33,675 nucleotides of DNA from Verrucomicrobiota bacterium (lineage in GTDB: Bacteria; Verrucomicrobiota; Verrucomicrobiia; Limisphaerales; UBA8199): positions 1 to 33,675 of the forward strand of contig JBBQYD010000003.1 in NCBI GenBank assembly GCA_038209025.1, read 5' to 3'. Made by a program: the position numbers and the translations under genes. The notes beneath the pieces were generated by a model. It ran no database searches, was not told the origin of the DNA, and was given only the letters and a program-made list of their open reading frames with translations. Below are positions 26,124-33,675 of the stretch, piece after piece (position 1 is the stretch's first letter; each line of letters begins with the position of its first letter).

Positions 26124-27206
26124 ATGCAGAAATGGTTCCGAATAAGTGTGGTGGTGATAGCGGTGGTGGTTTGCCTACTCGCTTATTTCAAGAGAGCACC
26201 GGAATCAGGGTTGAACGCACCAGAGGGTCGCGCCAGCCTGGCGGAAGATCAAACGAACTCTGGCCGACCATTGCACCAAGGCGAAAGAATATCTCCAATT
26301 GCGCCAGCACCTCGCTCTACCTCATCCTCCGGGTCGTCGTTAAATTCCAATAAGGACAAGCGGCGAGCACAGCTTGTTGATCTCCTTCGCCAAGCCAACC
26401 AGCCGGTTGAGTTTTACGGGCAAGTGTTGGATCAAGAGGACCATCCAATCGCGGGCGTAAAGGTGACCATGAAGCTATCGGCAGTGCGAGAGCGAATTCC
26501 AGGGCTTCCGGATGGCGTGTTTGAAGATCATACCGGGATCACAGACGATTACGGACGATTCAAGCTGGACAGAACTGAAGGCACTCTGCTGACCATTAAG
26601 TCCTTGGAAAAGGAAGGCTACGAATCTTCTCGCAAGCCGTTTCCTTACTTTTGGTACCGGACAGGCGAACCTGAACGGCACAATCCCAAGTCGAACTCAC
26701 CAATCGTCTTCCGCATGTGGAAGAAACTGCCTGCAGAGCGGCTAGTGCATGCCAATGCCTTCTACGGCATTGTGCCCGATGGGCGGCCTTACACCATCGA
26801 TCTCCTGGAGCGGAAGAAACGTGAGGGCCTCGCAGTCGGTGATCTCATTATCCAAATTGCTAGAGCCAAGGGCTCGGGCCAATCCAAATACGATTGGTCC
26901 TTCAGTATCGAAGTGATCGGCGGGGGCATTCTCGAAAGCACGAATGAATTCATGTTCCTGGCACCTGAGCATGATTATTACCCGAGCTTTCGCTTCGTTG
27001 CTCCGGCGGCTCAACCTGGTTGGAAGGAACGAGTTACGAAAGATTTCTATGTAAAATCGCGAAATGGACAGGTTTTTACGCGTATGCTGGTGGAAGTGTT
27101 CTCCGACTATCAGAATCAAGCAGTCTTTAGCGTGGACTATTACTCCAATCCCAGCGGCTCTCGGGTGCTGGAATACGATCCGTCCCAAAACTGGATAACA
27201 CAGTGA
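26124..27206 (+). CDS. Membrane-anchored hypothetical protein with carboxypeptidase-regulatory-like domain
   Basis: N-terminal TM helix, Ser-rich linker, PVEFYGQVLDQEDHPIAGVKV, and C-terminal NPSGSRVLEYDP. Visibly lower GC than the core genes. Confidence 0.8.
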   Translation: MQKWFRISVVVIAVVVCLLAYFKRAPESGLNAPEGRASLAEDQTNSGRPLHQGERISPIAPAPRSTSSSGSSLNSNKDKRRAQLVDLLRQANQPVEFYGQVLDQEDHPIAGVKVTMKLSAVRERIPGLPDGVFEDHTGITDDYGRFKLDRTEGTLLTIKSLEKEGYESSRKPFPYFWYRTGEPERHNPKSNSPIVFRMWKKLPAERLVHANAFYGIVPDGRPYTIDLLERKKREGLAVGDLIIQIARAKGSGQSKYDWSFSIEVIGGGILESTNEFMFLAPEHDYYPSFRFVAPAAQPGWKERVTKDFYVKSRNGQVFTRMLVEVFSDYQNQAVFSVDYYSNPSGSRVLEYDPSQNWITQ

Positions 27207-27215
27207 GAGTTGGAC

Positions 27216-27435
27216 GGTCGGTCCGACAAGCGACAATGAGAGGAGTAAAAGCAAGGCCAGGCTTGACCGGAGGGCCGCTTTATTTTGGCTTGCGATGGGC
27301 TACGAAACCCGCGTCAGCCAGGCTGTCAGCGTCGTTGAATCATCGCGCCAGGCGTCCTACAGCGGCTGGAGAAGAAGTTGACTCGATATGGGGTAGAAAC
27401 AATGAACACTATAATTGTCCATTGTCAGACCGACC
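27216..27435 (+). mobile_element. 220-bp non-autonomous element with terminal inverted repeats, probably RAYT-derived (copy 1)
   Basis: Left end GGTCGGTCCGACAAGCGACAAT and right end ATTGTCCATTGTCAGACCGACC match at 19/22 as inverted repeats. The interior encodes LAMGYETRVSQAVSVVE. A second copy starts at 32096. Confidence 0.75.
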
Positions 27436-27440
27436 CTGGC

Positions 27441-27722
27441 ACGGTGTTGCAGAGGTTCGATTTGAACAAACACCTGGCGGGGAGCCTGGGGCTTTATCGG
27501 GGGAATGGTGATTACGAGGTGGTGGTGGAATTGGACGTCTGGGGGGGCTGATGACGTGCGGGGCCGGCGATTGCATTCGAGCCAGAAGTTGACCAGCCAC
27601 CCGGGGGGGGGGTGGACTCACCGTGCGGCTGCGTTTGAAGAGTTTGGAGGAGGTGGAGCGGTGGATTTTGAGTATGGGACCGCACGCAACTGTGATCCGG
27701 CCGGAGGAGCTTCGGCAGCGAT
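27441..27722 (+). pseudogene. 3' remnant of a WYL-domain transcriptional regulator (WCX region)
   Basis: Joined frames read RFDLNKHLAGSLGLYRGNGDYEVVVELDVWGADDVRGRRLHSSQKL...VRLRLKSLEEVERWILSMGPHATVIRPEELR. There are two +1 shifts in G-runs, and the 5' part is missing. Confidence 0.8.
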
Positions 27723-27854
27723 ATGGTGGGGGCGGTGGGGAAAGGATGAAGGATGAAGTGGGAGGAATGGTCGGGGGGGGCTATTACCCATTGGAGATTG
27801 GAGATTTCAAAGGTAACTCCTTTACCGCACCGGGAAAGGGCGCGCCGTGTTAGA

Positions 27855-28283
27855 GGCGAGGGGCAGTACTTGGGCGGTGTCATCACCGAGAGTAAGAGCA
27901 ACGAGATCCCGGCGGCCCGCCAAGTGCTGCGGGGGCTGGATCTCAACGGCAAGATCGTGTTGAGCGATGCCCTCCATACTCAGGTGGACACGGGTCAGCA
28001 GATGGTCTTTGACCAGGGCGGCGACTACCTGATGACCGTCAAGGGCAACCAAGACCTGAGTCGGGTCAGAACACCCAACGCCGCCCTCGTGCTCGGAATG
28101 ATCCGGCGAGTCGTGCTCAGCTTGGCCAACGCGACCGTGGATAAAGCCCGCAAAGCCAATTCGAAGACCAAATACAATACCAAAAGCTTCCGCCAGCAGT
28201 TCCTCTCTGCGCGGGGCGGTCGAGAACGGCTCCAGGCACTAATTCTGGCCAAAAACCCTGCTGTGCTGCACTTACCATCATGA
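27855..28283 (+). mobile_element. ISAs1-family transposase remnant, 5'-truncated and internally deleted
   Basis: KSNEIPAA, DALHTQ and GGDYLMTVKGNQ are joined directly to the C-terminal DLSRVRTPNAA segment. The intervening catalytic region is missing. Confidence 0.85.
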
Positions 28284-28325
28284 AAAGACGCGTCCTAGCC
28301 CCGCCGGCTCTGCAAGAATCACATC

Positions 28326-28353
28326 TTGACGACATGCGCGCTCCCAGTAGAAT
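28326..28353 (+). promoter_or_regulatory. Candidate sigma70 promoter for the 796-aa gene
   Basis: TTGACG-16 bp-TAGAAT, about 145 bp upstream of the ATG. Confidence 0.45.
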
Positions 28354-28496
28354 GCGCCCGTGATAAGTGGGATATCAAAAGGAGTTCTCCATCACCTGCT
28401 GGGCGTAGTATGCCCGGGATCCCGGGAAATGCGTTCAAGCAAGTCCGTGTCTATTAATCTTACCCAAGAAACCAATCGTTAACAATCACCACCCCC

Positions 28497-30887
28497 ATGT
28501 TCACTAGCAACTTGAATGTTCTGCATTCGCGGGCGTCCGCAACGCCCCCCTGGCAACTCTTGCTGAAGCGCATCGTATTTGTGTGTACTGCACTGGCGGC
28601 AGCCACCGCCATTGAGGTCAGGGCCGGAACTCAATACTGGGACCCGGACGGCGATCCTTCGAACAATAACGTGGGCGGCACGGGCACTGGAGCCCTGGGC
28701 GCCATCGCGTCACCTATAGGCCCCATATCCTGGGAATGGGCCCTTTGGACGGACGACAGCAACCTGCCCGCGTCTATCAATAACACCCTCGTCAGCTTTA
28801 ACGAAGGGGACGACGTGATATTCTGGGGAACAAACCAACCTGTGGTCGGCAGCACACCTACGATCAAGATCGAGCTGAACTCCGCCCACACGGTCAATAG
28901 CATGTCGTTTTACAGCATCCTGATCACTAATCTTGCCTACAACTACACGCTCCTTCCAGGGACCGGGGACATCCCCTACATCACGAACATAACCGGCGTC
29001 ATTAATACCGACGGCGGACCGGAGAGCTACAAATTCCCAACTGTCGGGTTGGTTTCGACTATTGGGGTGCCTCTGGTTAGCACGAATGGCTTCAAGAAGC
29101 TCGGTAACGGTTCGCTTACGATTAAGACCAATATGATAATCTCTGGCGGACCCATAATCATAGACGGAAGGACCCGCCCGGGCTTTGGCGGCAACATTAT
29201 GTTGCCCACTGCCGCGCAATGGAACGTGACCGCAAACGGCCCTTACCAGCCGTTTCCCCTGGACGCCCAGATCATCATAACTAACGGCGGGTCAATCTCG
29301 CTTAACGGCACGCGCCTGGTCTCGAATAAGCCTATCATAGCCTGGGATGGCACCATCGGAGGCACTGGCGGTGTGCAGGCGCCGCAGTTTATCCTGAGAA
29401 CGACCAGGTTCGGCTGGAACGCTTTCAGCGGAGTGATGGAAGACGATGGGACCGGCAACACGACGATGCTTAAGACGGGCAACACTTACATCCTCATGTA
29501 CACTGTGGCGAACAATTATAAGGGCGGCACCATAATCAGCCAGGGCGAAATTCAGTGGGTTTACTGCACGGCTACGGCCAGTTGTCTCGGCACCAACACC
29601 ATCACCTTGGGCGATGCCAATACGGGCACCAATGATGTCGGGTTGGGCCGCGCTGGCGCCGCCCCGACCGTCACGAACACGAACCTTGCAAACAACATCG
29701 TTGTCAGCTCAGACGGCACAGGCCGGGTATTTATCGGTAACCAGTCCTGCAACGGCGTCATCCGTATGAGTGGCAATGTCACCCTGAACCGGTCGGCCAT
29801 CCTGGGTGGCTCGGGAAGCGCCGTGAATGGGCCCAACTATACTATCGCCCAGCGAGGCACGATCTTCGAGGGCGTGATCAGTGGTCCGGGAGGCGTTAGC
29901 GTGCAGGGGGCTTCGGGCCTTTTCTACAGCCCGACAGATCCATACGTATCCCCTCAGGTATGGTATTCCGGCGGCACAGTTAAACTGACCAACCCGGGCA
30001 ACTCTTATTCGGGCGGCAGCTCTGTGAATTGGGGAACGCTCCAGGCCGGAGCCGATGGCGCCCTCGGCACCGGCAGTGTCACCGTCAACAGCCCGGGCAT
30101 TCTGCTGCTTGATACCGCTCAAGGCATGGCTGCAAACGCAAACCTGACTCTCGGTGGGGCAACGCCGCGGGTAGCCCTCAGCTTTGCCGGGACCTGCACA
30201 ATCAATGCTCTCTCACTGGACGGCGGCATGACCTATGCCACTTCCGGCACGTTCGGTTCACCGACCTCCGATGCTGCCAACCAGAGTTCGCTCCTCACGA
30301 ACAACGGTGTGCTCAAGATCGTCACTAGCCAGACCGGATCGGCCACCATGCTGGCCTCTTCGCGCAATCCGGCGAACCTGAACGCTATTTATGACGCCAC
30401 CGTGCAGTTTACCACAACTGTGGGCTCCGTCGGAGCGGGCAACCCGACCGGAACCGTGACGTTCCAAAACGGCGCGGCGGTTTTGGGCACAGCCCCATTA
30501 GTCGGGGGTGTCGCTACTTTCACAGCCAGCAACCTGCCGTCGGGCACAAATGCCATCACCGCACGCTACAGCGGTGATGCCAACTTCGTCCCCAGCGGGG
30601 CTGCCTTGTCGCAGATCGTCTATACCGGCCTGAACACGACAAACGTGGCGACGGGCATTACGACCAGCGCGCCCGGTTCGTTCAATCTTGCATTTCAGGG
30701 CACGCCCGGCGTGTACTACTTGGTTGTAACCTCAACCAGCATCGAGAAGCCTGTGGCCCAGTGGACTCCTGTTCCCGGCAGCACGACAGTCGTGAGCGAT
30801 CCTGCGGGCACCTGGAGCATCACCGTCACGAACATGGGCTCCGCTGCGCAGTACTACCGGGCCATGGTGGCCGGCACGTCTCCTTAG
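28497..30887 (+). CDS. Secreted beta-strand-repeat (autotransporter-associated) protein with Ig-like domain
   Basis: Signal peptide and G/T/N-rich composition. Repeats KLGNGSLTI, NNYKGGTIISQG and NSYSGGSSVNWGTL. Ig-like PTGTVTFQNG...ITARYSGDANF. Ends with ..QYYRA. Confidence 0.85.
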   Translation: MFTSNLNVLHSRASATPPWQLLLKRIVFVCTALAAATAIEVRAGTQYWDPDGDPSNNNVGGTGTGALGAIASPIGPISWEWALWTDDSNLPASINNTLVSFNEGDDVIFWGTNQPVVGSTPTIKIELNSAHTVNSMSFYSILITNLAYNYTLLPGTGDIPYITNITGVINTDGGPESYKFPTVGLVSTIGVPLVSTNGFKKLGNGSLTIKTNMIISGGPIIIDGRTRPGFGGNIMLPTAAQWNVTANGPYQPFPLDAQIIITNGGSISLNGTRLVSNKPIIAWDGTIGGTGGVQAPQFILRTTRFGWNAFSGVMEDDGTGNTTMLKTGNTYILMYTVANNYKGGTIISQGEIQWVYCTATASCLGTNTITLGDANTGTNDVGLGRAGAAPTVTNTNLANNIVVSSDGTGRVFIGNQSCNGVIRMSGNVTLNRSAILGGSGSAVNGPNYTIAQRGTIFEGVISGPGGVSVQGASGLFYSPTDPYVSPQVWYSGGTVKLTNPGNSYSGGSSVNWGTLQAGADGALGTGSVTVNSPGILLLDTAQGMAANANLTLGGATPRVALSFAGTCTINALSLDGGMTYATSGTFGSPTSDAANQSSLLTNNGVLKIVTSQTGSATMLASSRNPANLNAIYDATVQFTTTVGSVGAGNPTGTVTFQNGAAVLGTAPLVGGVATFTASNLPSGTNAITARYSGDANFVPSGAALSQIVYTGLNTTNVATGITTSAPGSFNLAFQGTPGVYYLVVTSTSIEKPVAQWTPVPGSTTVVSDPAGTWSITVTNMGSAAQYYRAMVAGTSP

Positions 30888-30929
30888 GGATGTCCCTTAA
30901 GGGTTTGGATAACTAAGCCAGGGATTCAC

Positions 30930-30959
30930 GCGCGCACCGCTTATCGCAGCGGTGCGCGC
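30930..30959. repeat. GC-rich hairpin between the 796-aa gene and the Tat-exported gene
   Basis: 12-bp perfect stem GCGCGCACCGCT-tatcgc-AGCGGTGCGCGC, followed by AAAA on the + strand (no + strand U-tract). Confidence 0.6.
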
Positions 30960-30978
30960 AAAACCAAATCAACAGCAA

Positions 30979-32052
30979 ATGACAAATCGCAGAGAATTCC
31001 TACGGCGGGTGGCGGCAGCCAGTGTTATCAGCACGATGCCTTCGGCTCTCCTGGCCCAGGAAAAACCGGAACGCCGGATGATCTGGGCCAATCTTTTGCA
31101 TCTGAGCTATAACATGTGGGAGGATAATGTCCCCGAGAAATACAGGGATGATAACTATGTGTGCACCACATGCGACGAGGCCAGGAATTGGGCGCAGGGC
31201 TACAGGCCTTACTTGACTTTCGACGAAGGCGTGTGGAACGCTCTGTTGAAAGAGATGGCTGCGGCCGGCATGAATATGGTGATGATTGATCTCGGGGACG
31301 GGGTTCAGTATGAGAGCCATCCCGAGATCGCGGTGAAGAACGCCTGGTCAACTGCAAAGCTGAAAGCAGAGCTGGCGAAAATACGCAAGCTCGGCCTGGA
31401 GCCGATACCGAAACTGAATTTTTCGACGACTCACGATAGCTGGCTCGGCCCCTATTCCCGGATGGTCTCAACGGATGTTTATTACGGAGTTTGTCGCGAC
31501 CTGATAAACGAGGTGATCGCGCTGTTCAATAAGCCGCGGTTTTTCCATTTGGGTATGGACGAGGAGCGGGCGACCCACCAGGGGAATCAGAATCATGTTG
31601 TGTTGCGTCAGGGCGACCTGTGGTGGGGGGATCTCTATCTTCTCATTGGTGAAGTGGAGAAGAACGGGGTGCGTCCGTGGGTGTGGTCGGATTATGCGTG
31701 GAACAGGCCTGAGGTGTTCTTCAAAAAAATGCCCAAGTCGGTTCTCCAGAGCAACTGGTACTACAGCTACAGTTTTGACCTGAATAATATTATAGAACCG
31801 AACAAGACGTACCTTAAGCTGTATAATGCCCTTGAGGAGCATGGGTATGACCAGGTGCCGACGGGCAGCAATCATGGTGAACCTCACAATTTTGAAGCCA
31901 CGGTCGATTACTGCAAAAATATTATTGATCCTTCGAGGCTTCACGGGTTCATGACGGCTCCGTGGAGACCGACTCTTCCCCCATGCCTGGAACGGCATAA
32001 AGAAGCAATCGCACAGGTGGCGCGGGGGATTAAGAAGTTCTCCGGCAAATGA
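30979..32052 (+). CDS. Tat-exported GH20-like TIM-barrel glycoside hydrolase
   Basis: Twin-arginine signal TNRREFL, GLEPIPKLNFSTTHD, and FHLGMDEE (HxGxDE catalytic motif of GH20). Confidence 0.75.
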   Translation: MTNRREFLRRVAAASVISTMPSALLAQEKPERRMIWANLLHLSYNMWEDNVPEKYRDDNYVCTTCDEARNWAQGYRPYLTFDEGVWNALLKEMAAAGMNMVMIDLGDGVQYESHPEIAVKNAWSTAKLKAELAKIRKLGLEPIPKLNFSTTHDSWLGPYSRMVSTDVYYGVCRDLINEVIALFNKPRFFHLGMDEERATHQGNQNHVVLRQGDLWWGDLYLLIGEVEKNGVRPWVWSDYAWNRPEVFFKKMPKSVLQSNWYYSYSFDLNNIIEPNKTYLKLYNALEEHGYDQVPTGSNHGEPHNFEATVDYCKNIIDPSRLHGFMTAPWRPTLPPCLERHKEAIAQVARGIKKFSGK

Positions 32053-32095
32053 TGGGAGGGCGCCGCCAGGTATGGCGGGTAGGCAAGTGCGCAGC

Positions 32096-32253
32096 GTCGG
32101 TCCGACAATCGACAATGAGAGGAGTAAAAGCAAGGCCAGGCTTGACCGGAGAACCGCTTTATTTTGGCTTGCGATGGGTTACGAAACCCGCGTCAGCCAG
32201 GCTGTCAGCGTCGTTGAATCATTGCGCCACGGCGGCCTACAGCGGCTGAAGAA
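32096..32253 (+). mobile_element. Copy 2 of the RAYT-derived element, right end missing
   Basis: Near-identical direct repeat of 27217..27373 (a few substitutions and a 1-bp indel). No right inverted repeat follows. Confidence 0.8.
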
Positions 32254-32388
32254 TGAGCGGATTCCGGTTCAGGTCTGGAGGTTCCGGGTCCAAACCGGAT
32301 GCCGCCCCGGCTAAACCGTGACTATTCAGTGGCAGGGGAGCACGCCCGCCTCGTGACGATTCACGGACGGCCCGGTCCAATTCCACAG

Positions 32389-33267
32389 ATGACAGAAGTG
32401 ATTGATATCAACAAAGCCGCAAAGCGCGGACCGGGAGGCGGTTCCAGGCGGGAAGCCTTCACACTCATGGAACTCTTGGTGGTGATCGGCATTATCGGCA
32501 TTCTGGCGGCTTTGTTGATGCCAGCGCTTTCCGCAGCCAAGGCCTACGCGCACTCGACGACCTGCAAAAACCACCTGCGCCAAATGGGCGTGGCTTTGCA
32601 ACTCTATGTGCAGGAGAACCAGAGCAAATATCCGCTATACGCGTGCCGGATCGCCCCGGTGCCGCGCGGAACGACTGCGGGTGACGACTGGGAGCTTTGG
32701 TCAGGACAGCTCTTGGCTTATTACCCGGTTAAGTGGACAAACGCGGCATATCATTGCCCGGGATACAAAGGGTTAATTGCCTTAAAGCGAGGTGGTGAAG
32801 CCCGAGGCAGCTACGCCTACAATGCGCGCGGTGTGATCGGCAATATTAAACCGCTGTGGGGGCCGCTGAATCATCCTGCCCTGAACTACGGACTGGGAGG
32901 AGTGTACTCGTGGCGTCCCGGGCGCCAGAAGGATGCGCCGATTCCTGAAACGCCCGTGCGCGTGCCGAGCGAGATGTTCGCCATCGGCGAGTCCAGATTT
33001 ATCAAGGGCACCGGGAGAATCGGCGGCACGAGCTACCCATTTAGCGGTGGCAAGGACTACATGATCTGCGGCTTTCTTGGGGACAAATGGAAGGGCGTGG
33101 CTTTTGACCCGGCCCGACATGGCAAGAACTACAATCAGCTCTATTGCGATGGGCATGTGGCCGGGATGAGTCCCCGGGTGCTGTTCGATCCCGCCAAAAC
33201 CGCCGCGCAGTGGAACACTGACCACCAGCCACACCCCGAGGTGTGGGAATTGTGGCGGCCTTACTGA
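32389..33267 (+). CDS. Prepilin-type N-terminal cleavage/methylation protein with H-X9-DG motif
   Basis: [38 protein letters not shown], and [15 protein letters not shown]. Start uncertain. Confidence 0.92.
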   Translation: MTEVIDINKAAKRGPGGGSRREAFTLMELLVVIGIIGILAALLMPALSAAKAYAHSTTCKNHLRQMGVALQLYVQENQSKYPLYACRIAPVPRGTTAGDDWELWSGQLLAYYPVKWTNAAYHCPGYKGLIALKRGGEARGSYAYNARGVIGNIKPLWGPLNHPALNYGLGGVYSWRPGRQKDAPIPETPVRVPSEMFAIGESRFIKGTGRIGGTSYPFSGGKDYMICGFLGDKWKGVAFDPARHGKNYNQLYCDGHVAGMSPRVLFDPAKTAAQWNTDHQPHPEVWELWRPY

Positions 33268-33504
33268 GGAACCAACTTCCGCTGGACTGTTCAGCCCGCA
33301 ACCCTGCGCGGCCCGGCACGCCGACGGCGGCGGATTGCCACCGATTTACTTGGCTTATCCATGAGCATAGGATGTGTCTCACATATTATGCTAACATCAA
33401 CTCAAGTCGGCTTGACATTTGTGGCTCCAATATTAAATAGCATCAAGTTGACTCCATGATAATCAATGGTTAAGCATCTGAGCCAAACATCGGAGGTTCC
33501 ACAC

Positions 33505-33624
33505 ATGAAAAACAAAAAGCCGGGAGTGATCGTGGCGGTCCTCGCGGCCGTCGCGCTGCTCTTGGCGGCGCTCGCTCTCCCGCCCCGGCTGCTCCAGTGG
33601 ACGCGCCGATTGCGCGTCTGTTGA
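33505..33624 (+). CDS. 39-aa signal-peptide-like ORF (small protein or truncated gene)
   Basis: GGAGG 8 bp upstream of the ATG. Reads MKNKKPGVIVAVLAAVALLLAALALPP..., then stops early. Confidence 0.4.
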   Translation: MKNKKPGVIVAVLAAVALLLAALALPPRLLQWTRRLRVC

Positions 33625-33675
33625 CAATCTAACACCATTGCCCCGGCGTGCCTGAACCGGAGCGGGCGGGCAAAG

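Noticed and set aside
27740-27815. Short heptamer stutters (GGATGAA x2, TTGGAGA x2)
   Set aside because: Only two units each, too short to assign any function.
27216-32253. Integron attC sites or CRISPR repeats
   Set aside because: I found no paired RYYYAAC/GTTRRRY cores, no integrase, and no repeat-spacer periodicity. The repeats are better explained as an inverted-repeat element.
33619-33675. Selenocysteine read-through at TGT-TGA
   Set aside because: No selenoprotein-like context or convincing SECIS hairpin, and the window ends too soon to judge.

Overview
High-GC bacterial DNA, most likely Verrucomicrobiota (inferred from the H-X9-DG prepilin protein, the autotransporter-repeat protein and the oxidase gene order). 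It falls into three blocks. (1) 1-5.1 kb is an accessory minus-strand block. It holds a three-gene operon: two different DUF488 proteins, then a RecQ helicase with an extra ~200-aa N-terminal domain that resembles the dual-OB proteins I recall accompanying DUF488 genes. Downstream is a VapBC toxin-antitoxin pair bracketed by two copies of the 3' end of a ubiD-like gene. This operon is the best candidate for an undescribed DNA-processing or defence system. (2) 5.4-25.5 kb is a core block: PQQ-type beta-propeller, purB, a LytTR regulator, rnhB, lpxK, a lipid A acyltransferase, cysE, an aa3-type cytochrome c oxidase cluster, a DinG/YoaA helicase and a serine hydrolase. The LytTR regulator and RNase HII both have altered key motifs. 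(3) 25.5-33.7 kb is a mosaic of lower-GC exported-protein genes. They are interleaved with IS4, ISAs1 and WYL remnants, REP-like GGGGTCAGACC palindromes, and two copies of a small element that appears derived from a REP-associated tyrosine transposase (RAYT), each copy just after a cargo gene. No rRNA, tRNA or CRISPR array was seen. All family calls come from motif recognition by eye, not from database searches.
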